A DNA stretch of 52,720 bases from Chiloscyllium plagiosum (GCF_004010195.1 NC_057750.1:7061696-7114415), one strand, 5' to 3'. Positions 1 through 13,444 are shown, counted from the stretch's first letter. Notes: a model not told the origin generated them from the sequence alone. Made by a program: numbers and translations.

Positions 1-1134
1 TATCTATGACTCTGTATGAGGCGGAGAATCTGGAGACTTTAACTCTCAGCTGCTGTTTGAAGCCAAGCCCGTGACATCTTTCAGAAAAGGAATGGGAGGT
101 CTGCTCGAAAGGTTAAAAAGTATTGAAGGGGATGAGCAGCAAAGTGAGATTACACAGGGCTGCTGTTGAGAAAACCATTGAGCCACATAACCCAGGCAGA
201 ATACCCTCGTACTGTGTCTTGGGAGAGTCACTGAATCAAAGTGAGGGCTGGTGAGATTCTCTCTGTGCTGAGTCTCTAGGTGATGTGTTTAAGAATTGGA
301 ACTTGTGAGAGAGTAATCTGTGAGTTTGAGTGGTAGGCGAGAGGGTGGTGCCCAGGAAACCGCAGTGATATTGAGACGGCGCTCTGGCCTGGGTCTGACA
401 TGATCGTACATGCGGACTAGTCGTTACTGAAGGGCAAGTACAGAACTGCAACATTGCTCAACTCTGAATAAGCAACATTTTTTAAAGAAAATAAGTTCTT
501 TTTAAGTCATGAACATGCCTGCTTCTGTTTGTCTGAGCAGTTTACATCTCCTTTAGCGCACACCCCTGACCAGGAGAGAACCTGGGGAGGAGGAGGTAGG
601 TTTGAGAAGTTCCTGTTGGATACCCGTGACCAAAAAGGTTCCTTCAGTTACAATTATATCTGACCCTTCCCTTCATCGGGTTTATATTTAAAAGAGAAAC
701 AGTCATTTTTTTTTTGGTGTATGCATTGCGACATCTGCTTTGTCAACAAATCTTTCTTGTTGCTTATTCGCGGACACAGCCTATGTTTTCTTTATAAAGG
801 ATGGAACTTTCATTTGCATAGCGCCTGTCGTGACCTCTGGGTGTTCCCAGAACGCTCCGCAGTGCTGTGGTATGTAAACAAGGAGCAGGAGTGGGTCACT
901 GTGCAGCTGTTAACTGTCAGTTAACGGGCATAATCAACAGGGCAACACCCCTACCAATCAGAGTCCACTTGCCAACCAATCAGCACTCTCCTGTGATACA
1001 ATCTAAAAGTCTGTTTTACCTCCAAGTTGGTTTTCTTGCAAGTTGTCCTGATGAGTTAAGATAAAAATCTTTGACAAAATAAGTCGTCTTTTCAACAGCA
1101 GTAATAATCTGAAGTTGCAAACCTATAGTAACCA

Positions 1135-1340
1135 TGAAACCATCACTGATTTGTTGGGAAAAGCCATCTGGTTCACTAATATCCTTTTTTTTTAAGGGAA
1201 GGAAATCTGCCATCCTTACCTGGTCTGACCTGCGTGCAACTCCAGACCCACAGCAATGGTGTTGACTCATAACCGCTCTCTGGGCAAATAGGGACAGGCA
1301 ATAAACATTGGCCTGCTCAGTGACTGCCTCGTCCGGTGAA
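1135..1340 (+). mobile_element. SINE-like fragment (central domain + GGCAATAAA tail), family unassigned
   Basis: Same sequence as the - strand copy at 48085-48275 (ccatctggttcactaat...ccttacctggtctg...ccacagcaatg). Confidence 0.6.
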
Positions 1341-2015
1341 TTAATTTTTAAAAAAATTCACGGGCACCATGTTGGGTTTTCAACATGGGGAATATATAGA
1401 TATAATACCTGAATATGTTAATGGCAGCTTTCATAGACTATAACACATTACAGCGCAGTGCAGGTCCTTTGGCTCTCAATGGTTCCATACGTCGGCACAC
1501 CCATCTGAAGCCCATCGAATCTACACTATTCCATTCTTATCCATATGTTTATCCAATACCCATTTAAATGCCCTTAAAGTTGGCGAGTCCACTATTGTTG
1601 CAGGCCGGGCATTCCACGCCTTTACTATTCTGAGTAAAGAACCTACCTCTGACATCTCTCCTATATCTATCACCCCTCAATTTAAAGCTATGTCCCCTCG
1701 TGCTAGCCATCACCATCCGAGGAAAAAGGCTCACTGTCCACCCTATCTAACTCCATGATCTTGTATGTCTCTATTAAGTGATATCTCAACTTTCTTTAAT
1801 GAAAACAGCCTTCAGTCCCTCGACCTTTCCTCATAAGACCTTCCCTACATACCAGGCAACATCCTAGTAAATCTCCTCTGAACCAGAACTGTACGCGATA
1901 CTCCAGGTTCAGCCGCACCAGAGTTTTGTACAGCTGCAACATGACCTCGTGGCTCTGAAACTCAATCCCTCTACCAATAAAAGCTAACACACCGTATGCC
2001 CTCTTAACAATCCTG

Positions 2016-2303
2016 GGTAAAAACAATGACTGCAGATGCTGGAAACCAGATTCTGGATCAGTGGTGCTGGAAGAGCACAGCAATTCAGGCAGCATCCGAG
2101 GACAGGCAAAATCGACGTTTCGGGCAAAAGCCCTTCATCAGGAATAAAGGCAGAGAGCCTGATCCAGAATCTGGTTTCCAGCATCTGCAGTCATTGTTTT
2201 TACCTCGTTGATTTTAACCCTACTGCGAATCCTCTTGCAAGGATGCCTGCCTTGAAGAAGTTTTTCTCCTCTCTCTACAAGAATCAGGCTCTCTGCCTTT
2301 ACT
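2016..2303. mobile_element. Penelope-like terminal fragment with inverted arms and hammerhead-like motif
   Basis: 46-bp perfect inverted repeat (2016-2061 / 2159-2204). Flanking duplication ttaacaatcctg. CTGATGA-stem-GAAAC motif on the - strand at 2110-2145. Confidence 0.7.
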
Positions 2304-2558
2304 CTTTTAACAATCCTGTCAACCTGGGTGGCAACTTTCAGGGATCTGTGTAAGTGGACACGGAGATCTCTCTGCTCATCTACACTAGCAAGGATCCTAC
2401 CAATAGCCCCGTACTCTGTATTCCTGTTACTCCTTCCAAAATGAACAACCTCACTTTTCTGCATTAAACTCCCATTTGCCCCCTCTCAGCCCAGCTCTGC
2501 AGCTTATCTACGTCCCTCTGTAACCTGCAACATCCTTTCGCACTGTCCACAACTCCAC

Positions 2559-2874
2559 AGTGGCACAGTGGTTAGCACTGCTGCCTCACAGCGCCAGAGA
2601 CCCGCGTTCAATTCCCGCCTCAGGCGACTGTCTGTGTGGAGTTTGCACGTTCTCCCCGTGTCTGCGTGGGTTTCCTCCGGGTGCTCCGGTTTCCTCCCAC
2701 AGTCCAAAGATGTGCAGGGTCAGGTGAATTGGCCATGCTAAATTGCCCGTAGTGTTAGGTAAGGGGTAAATGTAGGGGTATGGGGTGGGTTTCGCTTCGG
2801 CGGGTCTGTGTGGACTTGTTGGGCCGAAGGGCCTGTTTCCACACTAATCTAATCTAATCTAATCTATAATCTAT
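2559..2874 (+). mobile_element. HE1-type tRNA-derived V-SINE
   Basis: A/B-box tRNA-like head, V-domain (tgtggagtttgcacgttctccccgtgtctgcgtgggtttcc), (aatct)n tail, TSD aactccac at 2551-2558 / 2875-2882. Confidence 0.88.
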
Positions 2875-3364
2875 AACTCCACCGACCTTGGTGTCATCCG
2901 CAAATTTACTAATCCATCCTTCTACACCCTTGTGGCGTTTCCCCATCTCTCTATCTCTCAAAAGTTCAGAAGTAATTTTAATATCTTATAATATTCTCTC
3001 TAATATTTTCCTTGTGGCTTCCACGACCCCATGCTTTGCTGGAGACTCCAAGCCAATTGACAGTCCCTACCTGCCGAGACTATCTGGGAGACAGCCGTTC
3101 TGTTTTTGTTGCTCAGTGTTTCAAAGGAGAGGCTTTCTGTTGTTGGAGCACGAGGTGTAACTTGTAGAATCCCTACAGTGCAGAAAGAGGGTGTTCAGCC
3201 CATTGAGTCTGCACTGATCCTCGGAAGAGCAGCCCACCCTCCTACCCTATCCCTGCAACCCCACATTTCCCATAGCTAACCCACCCAGACTGCACATCCC
3301 TGGATGCAAGTGTAGACAGTTCAGGGACCTCCTGTTTTTAAAATATTTTGTCTCCATAAGAATT

Positions 3365-3720
3365 GTGTGAAAGCAGGCGATTCAGCCCATCAAGTCCACA
3401 CCAGTCCTCTGAACAGCATTCCAACCTACCCCTGTAACCCTGTATTTCCCATAGCTAAACCACCTAGCCTGCACATCCCTGGACACTATGGGGCAATTTA
3501 GCACGGCCAATCCACCCTAACCTGCACATCCCTGGGCACTATGGGCAATTTAGCACGGCCAATCCACCCTCATCTGTCCATCTTTGGACGATGGAAGGAA
3601 ACCGGAGGAAACCCACGCAGACACTGGGAGGATGTGCAAACTCCACACGGTTGCCAGAGCATGGAATCGAACCCGGGTCCCTGGTGCTGTGAGGCAGCAG
3701 TGCTAACCACTGAGCCACTG
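3365..3720 (-). mobile_element. HE1-type V-SINE
   Basis: Reverse complement of the tRNA head and V-domain. Confidence 0.8.
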
Positions 3721-5089
3721 AGCTGATGGAGAGAAATGACCACGTGAATGGAAGGCTGTGTTTGGAGTTTGATCCCAGGAGTCCTGGTCTGGCATGTCTG
3801 TGGGGGAGGGTAACGTGACGTTATCAGGAAGCCTGACACTTCCAAGTAGAGTGAGCATCTCACGTACTGTCAGTTATTGAGCTGCGGTTAGTCAGCTCCC
3901 TTCCACAATAGGTCAGTGAACTGGCATTCTTATCCAATGGACAACTCTGCTTGGGGCCTACCCCTCAACTCCCCTCAGAGTAATATTTCTGCTCGTAATG
4001 GGGGGGGGGGTCTCATTCCATTCTCAAAGACATTGCTCTACCTCTCTGTAATTAATCTGCTTTCTGCAAACCAACTGTGTTCGTGACAGATTGCAAAGTT
4101 CGCATTTATGTAGCGCCTTGCACGTCCTCCGGCATCCTCCCCTCCTCAAAAGTGCTTTGCTGCCAATGACCTACACTTGAAGTGTGCTTCTGTCCTGCAA
4201 CTTAGGAAACTTGGTTTAAACAAATGTGCACAGCCAGCGCCCATGTGACCAGATTCCTCTGCCCTACCATCTTCCGTTTAGCCCAACTGTTCTAGTTTGA
4301 TGACAGCTCTTGCTTTCGCTGCCTGTCACCTCCTTTTTATCAGGAATGAAGAGCTTACGCTCGAAATATCGACTCCTCTCCTCAGATGCTGCCTGATCTG
4401 CTGTACTTTTCCACCGGCACACTCTGATCTCCGGTGTCTGCAGCCCTCACTTTGTCCCAATCAATGGTAGTGCCATGGTTACCCATGGCTCCGGCTGGGT
4501 TACAAGTCCAAGGGCCATAATGGTTTGGCTGTTCTTACCTGATGGTAAGTATTTTCTAATCAGCGCCTTCTGGAACTTTCACCTGGGCCTCCTGGGTCAG
4601 AGCTCGGACTACGCCACAAGGGTTCCCATGCCTGTTTGTATACGTCTGGGTGGGGGGATAGTTGGGAGGGGAATGGGGATGGGGGCACTTGTAAAAGATT
4701 TCATTCACAGGATGAGGCAGTCACTGGACAGGCCCAGCATTTATTGCCCATCCCTAGTTGCCCCAGAGGCAGGGGCAGAGACAGGGAAGGCAGGGAGAGG
4801 TTGGAAGACGAGGAGAAGGGAGAGGCCAGGCAAGGAAGAGGGGAGTTTCACTGGGGAAGTAGGGGTATCGAGAGGGTACAGGCTAGCAGGAGAGCGTCTG
4901 GGCGTGTGGTAGGTTTGGTAGGTAGGGGGTGTGTGAGAGAGAGAGAGGAATGGGGAGAGGGTGGTTTTGTGTCGGAGGGGGTATGCAGATCATCTGGGGC
5001 TAAGGTGGAGGTGTGTGGAGAGAGGGGCAGGTTGGCAGAGGGGTGTGGAGCATGGGTATGTGGAGCATGGGTATATGCAGCAGGCATGT

Positions 5090-5440
5090 GGTGATGGCAC
5101 CTCCAACCCAATAACCATAAACCAAACGAATGGCCACTTGTCCTCCTGATCTACCTGTCCCTGTGTTTCCTCTGACCCACCAGAGGCTTGGCCCAGGACT
5201 CTGCATGACGACCCCTGCCTTTTCCATACAAGAACAAGCACAGCAGATACATGACTATGACTGACTCACAGCCACTCCCCATCCTGACTTGGAAATACTT
5301 CACCGTTCCTTCAGTGTCACAGAGTCAAAATCCTGGAATTTTCCCCCTAAGAGCATTGTGGGTCAACCCACAGCACACGGACTGCAGCGATTCAAGAAGG
5401 CAGCTCACCCCCACCTTCTCAAGGGGGCAATTAGGGATGA
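5090..5440 (+). mobile_element. LINE 3' end (CR1/L2-like, 'WN..P..IVG.PTAHGLQRFKKAAH.HLLKG' family)
   Basis: Recurs at about 14285-14490(+), 17235-17420(+), 17420-17880(-), 23920-24030(-), 36865-36980(-) and 37290-37505(+). Confidence 0.7.
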
Positions 5441-5870
5441 ATCTATGCAAGGACTGTACACCTCGCTGGGTAGCTCTACTGAAAGGGTTTTTTTGTTTTA
5501 ATGGTCTTTTTGGCAGTGTTATCTCCTTGTTTTGGAGATGATGTTGGTGATGAAGTATTCTCGGTGTGTTTCTGCCTGCTGAGAATATTGCTCCTTACCT
5601 AACTCCCCATCACAATGTTGACCGCTCCCTGAGGCAGACGTTCTGGTACTTGGTGTGAAATGTAAAATTATAAGGCTCTGTGATTTTCAGCGACTGCAAT
5701 GAATCCCGTGCCCGCTCTGATATACCTGACTGTATTTCCAACTGGCATTAACAACGTGATGGGGCAAGGGTTCGATCAGAGAGGGGGTTTTGCCGTGGTG
5801 CTGCTGCCTAGAAACCAGCACAATTGCTCGGCCAATTGGTCGAAATCTATCAAGTGTGTGCATAACGCTG

Positions 5871-6206
5871 GAGACCGGTCTGTCGCTGTGTAACACTGGG
5901 ATACAGTACTGGTGGGGACAGGTCTGTCCCTGTACAACACTGGGGTACAGTACTGGTGGGGACAGGTCTGTCTCTGTGTAACACTGGGGTACAGTACTGG
6001 TGGGGACAGGTCTGTCTCTGTGTAACACTGGGGTACAGTACTGGTGGGGTCAGGTCTGTCCCTGTATAACACTGGGGTACAGTACAGGTGGGGACAGGTC
6101 TGTCCCTGTATAACACTGGGGTACAGTACTGGTGGGGACAGGTCTGTCTCTGTGTAACACTGGGGTACAGTACTGGTGGGGAACTGGTCTGTCTCTGTGT
6201 AACACT
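5871..6206. repeat. 44-bp minisatellite, about 7.5 copies
   Basis: Unit ctgtgtaacactggggtacagtactggtggggacaggtctgtct, starting at 5886, 5930, 5974 and so on. Confidence 0.95.
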
Positions 6207-7169
6207 CGTTTTGTTAATGCAAATTAACTATAACATTGATGAATTGGGGACACTGTTGCTAAAGTGCAAGCTTTTAAAACGTGTGTTGGCTGTAACCTGA
6301 TTACATCGCTGACACTTTAATCACTGTTTCTAAAGAGCGATTTCTCTATACCTTGTGGTCGTATAAGAATGCAACCGTTGTGTTCTAGAAGAACTCCCTG
6401 TGTAACGCTGGGGGATAGGTCTGCTCCCGTGTAACAGAGGGGGAGGGGGGGGGGGTGGAAACAGTATTGGTAGAGAGAAGCTGAGTTGACCTTTTTTGAG
6501 TTCAGTACCTTTTTTGTAGTACAGTCCCTGCTGAAATAGAGGGGGAAGAAAGCAGCCAGTGGTGTGCAGCAAGATCCCATTATTTGATTTTACTGATGTT
6601 GACTGAGTGAAAAACATTGACATGATCTCCAAGTGCATAACCAACAAACAATTCTCCTCCAGACAAGAATCCTACTTTTTTTGTGTGTGTGAAAATCCGA
6701 ATTTTAGTTTGCCGTGTGCAGCGCTTAGGGAAGAGGTAAAATATTTTGGCCGTTGGTTTCTCAAAAGACTCTGTTCGCGGGTGGAATAAGCAGTCAGATT
6801 CCATCATGATTTATGGAGGGAGTGAGTAACTATTGTTGAGAAATGGGGATTGTTGTCCTGGGAGATAGAGTGAGGTGTTCAGAACTGTGCTTGGTAGGGT
6901 CTGGGCAGAGTAAAATGGCAGGGGGTGGGTGTGGTGAAGGTTCAGGAGGCGAAAATCCTTCCTGTTGATGGAAGGATTGAGAGCAAATTAAGAACAGTAC
7001 AGCGCAGGGAATGGGCTCTTCACCCCACCAAGACTGCGCTAATACACAATACCTTTCTAAAGTAAAAACGTTTTGCCTCTACGTGCTCCATATCCCCCTG
7101 GCAGAGTCGAGTAACTTTTTATTTGTTGTTTCTCCAATACAGCTGGTACAATCAAAGCCCAACAGCGTT

Positions 7170-7680
7170 CCTCCAGTTCCTATCGGAAAGATGTTGTGAA
7201 ACTTGAAAGGGTTCAGAAAAGATGTACAAGGAGGTTGCCAGGGTTAGAGGATTTGAGCTACAGGGAGAGGCTGAACAGGCTGGGGCTGTTTTCCCTGGAG
7301 CGTCGGAGGCTGAGGGGGTGACCTTATAGAGGTTTACAAATCATGAGGGGCATGGATAAGATAAATAGACAAAGTCTTTTCCCTGGGGTGGGGGAGTCCA
7401 GAACTAGAGGGCATAGGTTTAGGGTGAGAGGGGAAAGATATAAAAGAGACTAAGGGGCAACTTTTTCATGCAGAGGATGGTATGTGTATGGAATGAGCTG
7501 TCAGAGGATGTGGTGGAGGCTGGTACAATTGCAACATTTTAGAGGCATCTGGATGGGTTTATGAACAGGAAGGGTTTGGAGGGATATGGGCCGGGTGCTG
7601 GCAGGTGGGACTAGATTGGGTTGGGATATCTGGTCGGCATGGACCGAAGGGTCTGTTTCCGTGCTGTACATCTCTATGAC
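7170..7680 (+). mobile_element. HER1/CR1 LINE 3' fragment
   Basis: KLERVQKR..LSYRERLNRLGLFSLERRRLRG..WNEL..VVEAGTI coding remnant plus 3' tail. Confidence 0.9.
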
Positions 7681-7689
7681 CGGAGTGCT

Positions 7690-8499
7690 ATATGAACACA
7701 CAGACTACACGAGAGGACAGTCATACACAGGGCAGCATAAAGTGCATAGAGAAGTGTAAAACATGCAAGACAGCACAGTAATTCCTGGCAAGACAAGACA
7801 ATATTCACAGTGGTGGATGAAATTACAATGTGACAGTGAATGATCATCATTAATAAAACATTGTCCTAGCTGTAATTCAAAAATTGTCCAAAAAGTGCAA
7901 ATGGATTAGGCTTTCCTCAACTTGCTCAGAAAGTGGAGACGCTGCTGCTGGGCTTTCTTGACTATGGAGGTGGTGTTGGGGGGGCCAGGTGAGATTCTCC
8001 GCCAGGCGGACATCAAGAAATTTACTGTGTTAAGGAGCCTGATGGCTTGGGGGAAGAAACTCTTGCGCAGTCTGGCCGTGAGAGCCCAAATGCTCCGGTA
8101 CCTTCTACCAGATGGCAGGAGGGGGAGGAATTGGAGTGAGGGGTGTGTGGGGTTGTCCACCATTCTGTTAGCCTTGCGGATGCAGCATGTGGTGTAAATC
8201 CCTGTAATGGAGGGAAGAGCGATCCCGATGGTCTCCTCAGCTCTCTTCCCTATCTGTTGTAGGGTCTCCGGATCCAAGACGGTGCAATTCCCAAGCCAGG
8301 CAGTGATGAAGCTGCTCGGGGTACTCTCGATGAACCCTCTGTAGAATGTGGTGAGGATGAGGTGTAGGCTTTCCTCAACTTGCTCAGAAAGTAGAGACGC
8401 TGCTGGGCTTTCTTGGCTATGGAGGTGGTGTTGGGGGGGCGAGGTGAGATTCTCTGCCAGGCGGACATCAAGAAATTTCATGATGTTCACGATCTCCAT
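7690..8499 (-). mobile_element. Rex1/Babar-like LINE 3' fragment
   Basis: KFL.V.L, KKAQQRLYFL.KLRKA, FYRG.IES, LLPSGRRYRSI...T.RL..SFFPQAIRLLN motifs, frameshifted. Confidence 0.8.
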
Positions 8500-9499
8500 G
8501 AGAGATCTCTATTCCCTGCCTATTCCTGTATCTGTAAAAGTGCCTTTTAAACGTTATTGTATCTGCCTCCACCACTACCTCTGACAGTACATTCCAGGCA
8601 CTTACCACCCTCTCTCTTTTTAAAAAAAAACCCTGCCTCTCACATCTCCCCTCAATTTACCCCTAGTAATTGACATTTCTACCCTGGGATAAAGACGCCA
8701 ACTATCGAGTCTGTTCAGTTTTGTAAACTTCTGTCAAGACATCCCTCGTCCTTCAAATGAAAGCAGCCCAAGTTTGTCTCAGCTCTCCTCACAGCTCATT
8801 CCCTCCAAACCAGGCAACATCCCGGTAAAGCGTTTCTGTGCCATCTCCAAAGCCTCCATGTCCTTCTGGTCATGTGGTGACCAGAACCGTACACAATAAA
8901 CAGGAGTGTTTTCTTTATCTCCTGACCTGCCCCGCCTATCCCCCCCTCATGTTTTTGGCTGGACCCTCCTCCAAGTAGAGAGAGAGAGGATCAAGCCATT
9001 CGGCCCTTCAAGCCTGCTCTGTTATTCAGAAGGACCTCGGCTGATCCCAAACTTGGCTGTTTTCTGTGCATCGAATGGGCCCAGGTATTTGTCGATTTGA
9101 CTTTCAAATCCCTGTCTGCTGCCTGCATGACTCAAATTTCACGCACCCTTCCTATTCATGCCGCCCCACTCCCCCCCCGTCCTTTTACCCCAGCTCCCCA
9201 TCCAATTTCCTCTTAAAGATTGCTGGAGGAACTCCGTAGCTCTGCGCAGAGAGAAACTGAGTTAATGTTTTGAGTGCACTACTTACAGCACAGTTCTGAA
9301 AGTGATTCTTGGCAGACTCAAATGTTAACTCTGTGTCCTTTGTTTCGTTTCCAATTTTCCAGCATCTGCTTTTATTCCTCTCGCAGATTATTCATTCTCT
9401 CTGCCACGAGAGAGTTTCAGGCTGTTGCCTGTGTTTGGAGGGCAGGGGGAAACAAAAGCTCTTCCTCACATTTTGCCCTGCAAACCCCACCCCACCCCA

Positions 9500-9828
9500 C
9501 CGAGTCCCTACAGTGTGTGGAAACAGGCCCATTAAGTCTGCACAGATGCTCTGAAGAGCATCCCAGCTGGACGCACCCTCCTACCCTATCCCTGTAACGC
9601 TGCATTTCCCATGGCTAACCCACCCAGCCCGCACATACCTGACACTATGGGGCAGTTTAGCACGGCCAGTCCACTCTAACCTGCACATCTTTGGACTGTG
9701 GGAGGAAACCCACACAGACACGGGGAGAATGTGCAAACTCCACACAGTCATTCGCCTGAGGCTGGAATCGAACCTGGGTCCCTGGTGCTGTGAGGCAGCA
9801 GCACTAACCACTGAGCCACCGTGCTGCC
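9500..9828 (-). mobile_element. HE1-type V-SINE
   Basis: Reverse-complement head ggcagcacggtggctcagtggttagtgc and V-domain. Confidence 0.85.
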
Positions 9829-12337
9829 ATTTCTTAACCAAACCTTAAATCTGCCTCTCCCTGGTCCTTTCTTCATGAGCTCATGGTAACAGCTTTGCCC
9901 TGTTCCCTTCTCTAAACCCACCATTTATCCTTTTCAGTCGTGATCACAGCTCCCTTCGACTTCCATTGCTCTGAGGAGACTGACCCCAACTTCTGTGACC
10001 TTTGACTTTGTCACTAAAATCCCTCAGCCCAGGAACTGTTTGGGTAAATCTCCCTGAGACAGTCTTCCTGAAGGCAGTGCCCAGGATTACTGGGGGGGGG
10101 GGGGTCTTACTTTTTTAAGGGTTCAGGGTCACTCCCTGTTGTAGTACCTCTGTTTGTGAAGCTATCTGCCGTGGGGAGGCTGGTACTGTCACTGTGACAT
10201 CACTGACCTGGTTATTCAGGGACACTGGTTCAAATCCCACCTAACCAGCTGCCAGGATTAAAATTCCATCAACAAATCGGAATTGGAAATGCATCGCAGT
10301 GATAGAGATCAAGCAACTGTCAGCACTTACTGAGCAGCATGGTCTCTGTGTCTATCCCTCGCTGTGTGTGTGTGTCTGGACTATGGGAGCTGTATACATA
10401 TGTCCACATTTGCCCAGGCTCAGGGACTGGCCACTGTTGATATTCTGGGTGTGACGAGTAGGAGAGACGGTTTTGCCGTGTGCACTCTCGTGTGGAGTCT
10501 ATGGCCAGCCAGCAGTTACTGTACCCTGCCCCCATAGTCCCTTCCCTGTCACCTGTGTATCACCTCATTGCTGAGTCTGACTCACACAGAACTCTGTGCC
10601 TAGAACACAGCGCCTGAAAGGGCATGCAGGGGGCTCTGGGGCCGAATGGCCACTGACTGTGCAGTTTTGAGCCAGGGTGCGTTGTGGCAGGGGGGGTGAC
10701 GATGGCAATGCAATGGAGGACTGGGTTCTTGGGCCGCAAGGTAACCCTGTGAACAGCTTCATCGAAGGCTTAGCCCTTTCTGACCTGGAGCAGCTCCACA
10801 TGGAGTGAAGAGTGAGGGTTTGTACGGGGTCGGGGGGGGGGAAGGAGGAGGAGAGCTGGGGGACTCNNNNNNNNNNNNNNNNNNNNNNNNNNNNNNNNNN
10901 NNNNNNNNNNNNNNNNNNNNNNNNNNNNNNNNNNNNNNNNNNNNNNNNNNNNNNNNNNNNNNNNNNNNNNNNNNNNNNNNNNNNNNNNNNNNNNNNNNNN
11001 NNNNNNNNNNNNNNNNNNNNNNNNNNNNNNNNNNNNNNNNNNNNNNNNNNNNNNNNNNNNNNNNNNNNNNNNNNNNNNNNNNNNNNNNNNNNNNNNNNNN
11101 NNNNNNNNNNNNNNNNNNNNNNNNNNNNNNNNNNNNNNNNNNNNNNNNNNNNNNNNNNNNNNNNNNNNNNNNNNNNNNNNNNNNNNNNNNNNNNNNNNNN
11201 NNNNNNNNNNNNNNNNNNNNNNNNNNNNNNNNNNNNNNNNNNNNNNNNNNNNNNNNNNNNNNNNNNNNNNNNNNNNNNNNNNNNNNNNNNNNNNNNNNNN
11301 NNNNNNNNNNNNNNNNNNNNNNNNNNNNNNNNNNNNNNNNNNNNNNNNNNNNNNNNNNNNNNNNNNNNACCCTCAGCCTCCGACGCTCCAGGGAAAACAG
11401 CCCCAGCCTGTTCAGCCTCTCCCTGTAGCTCAAATCCTCCAACCCTGGCAACATCCTTGTAAATCTTTTCTGAACCATCCCTGTCTCAAATGCAGTTGGT
11501 GTTCACACCATATTCCTGACCGTCTGAGTTTAGGGATTTCCAAACATTCGCAAACCTCTGACTGAAATCATATCTCTCAGTCCAGAGTGATCGCCCTGAA
11601 TAATGGGCTGTCATATTCTTGGCTGCACAATTGGTAATGGAATCCCCCCCATGGAGAGGCATTCCTCCCTCTCAAAACCTAGAGAGCAATGGGCTCCATT
11701 TGCTCTGCTTTTCCTCCCCGGGATTATCCCGGTGACTTACATAGGGGCCTGTCCCCTGAGGCTCCACCCAGCTCCCTCCAACTAAGGGCTGCTCGCTCGG
11801 GTGGGGTCTCTGGCCTGAGCTTCCTCTGGAACCCGGTGGCTTTTCCCTCAGAGTGAACCTGCTCCGTTTCAAAGTAGCCCCCCACCTTGACGTTTCTTTA
11901 CCCGTGAGCTTTGCCGATCAAGCTGTTCGACAGGGCAGGGCATCACCGATTTCGCCGGCCTGGGCACGGTTCAGTTGGTGGTCAAGTTTGGGAGGGGTGG
12001 TTGGGGCATGATTGAAACACCAGCCTTGGCTTAAATTTATATTTGCAAACCCCTGCGATTCCTTGTGATGCCACATTGAGCCATTGAGCTGCTGCCAGCT
12101 CTAGAAGTGGAGCTGGCTGCCCCCTTGCTGTCCTTCTGATGATGACTGGTTTGGTTGATTGTACACTTGTAGCCTGCTACAGTCCATCGAGGGTTTCAGT
12201 CTTTCTCCCAGTAGTGTGTCCCCCTCCCCCACTCCCCATCCCGGTTCACTTTCTGAACGTTAGCCAGTGCTTACTGATGGCCTGGGCTGGCCTTGGGTTG
12301 GCACAATGGGTTGATCAGCCTGGGTTCCGAGTCAGAA

Positions 12338-12520
12338 AGTGTGGTGCTGGAAAAGCACAGCCAGTCGGACGGCATCCGAGGAGCAGGAGAGTCAACATTT
12401 CGAGCATATTCCCTTCATCAGGAATCCCTGTCTGATCCGAGCTTGATGAAGAGCTTATGCTCAAAACGTCGACTCTCCTGCTCCTCGGATGCTGCCTGAC
12501 CTGCTGTGCTTTTCCAGCAC
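12338..12520. mobile_element. Penelope-like inverted fragment (degenerate hammerhead motifs)
   Basis: gtgctggaaaagcacag...catccgaggagcaggagagtc is inverted by gactctcctgctcctcggatg...ctgtgcttttccagcac. Confidence 0.65.
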
Positions 12521-13014
12521 TATGCTCTCTCTCTCTTTTTAGACGCTGAGCAGCAGTCCTGACTTCCTCCCAGCCTGGGTTCAGAGCTGACTCTGAAATG
12601 GAGCTTGGAGCCTGACTCTTGACAGAATCCCATATTTCCACATCGCTTTCACCTCTTGGGGCCACCGCGCGCACCTTTTTTGTGTTTTGAAGAAAGTGTC
12701 AAATCCGTTTTGGGTTTGAAAGGAGGACTCTGGCGCCTGTGAACTTACCACAGACTTGCTGCTTCTAATAAAAGCGCAGAGCAGCCCTGTCAGCTTAGCT
12801 CCCTGTGTGCACGCACACGCTCAGCCTGATCATTCACCTTCGGAGTGTGTTGTACAGCCAGTGCAAAACTCAAACGCATGGGAAGGGAAGTTGCAGCTAG
12901 CGTTCTGAGCAATAACCCTGTCCCATACTCCCCTCCCCCCCTCCCAAATGTTTAAAATTCAGGACAAAGACACCAGATACTCCTTAGGGTCTATAGTTGA
13001 CACTCAAATTTCAA

Positions 13015-13220
13015 AGCTGAAAATGTGTTGCTGGAAAAGCGCAGCAGGTCAGGCAGCATCCAAGAAGCAGGAGAATCGACGTTTCGGGCATAAGCCCTTC
13101 TTCAGGAGTGAGGAGGGTGTGCCAAGCAGGCTAAGATAAAAGGTAGGGAGGAGGGAGTTGGGGGAGTGGTGTTGGAAATGTGATAGGTGGAGGGAGGTTA
13201 AGGTGAGGGTGATAGGCCGG
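13015..13220 (-). mobile_element. Penelope-like terminal fragment with hammerhead-like motif
   Basis: - strand CTGAAGA-A-GGGCttatGCCC-GAAACGTC at 13073-13106. Confidence 0.65.
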
Positions 13221-13444
13221 AAGCTCAAATTTCAAATCTAATCTTAACCTTTTATACACTTCCTGTTCAGTCTTAACCTTGCATTCTTTGCTGTGTTCAG
13301 ATGCACTCTCTTCAAGCTTTGTATGGTCTGATCTACCTGTACAGCATATGAAACAAAACCTGTCATTATATCTAGGTCCATGTGATGGCAATAAATCAAA
13401 TCCAGTGTATTCCTGTTCTTCCAGGTAGGGTGACACCAGGTGGA

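Larger units (their letters stand above)
1432..2930 (-). mobile_element. CR1-type LINE 3' fragment interrupted by two younger insertions
   Basis: - strand reads KFADDTK (about 2888-2908), VVHFGRSN, LYKTLVR..LEY.VQFW, typical of the CR1 ORF2 RT C-terminus. Confidence 0.85.

Noticed and set aside
2559..2625. tRNA-like sequences with A/B boxes
   Set aside because: These are SINE heads continuing into the V-domain, not tRNA genes.
5871..6206. CRISPR-like regular repeats (also 52491-52720)
   Set aside because: Head-to-tail units with no unique spacers; eukaryotic minisatellites.
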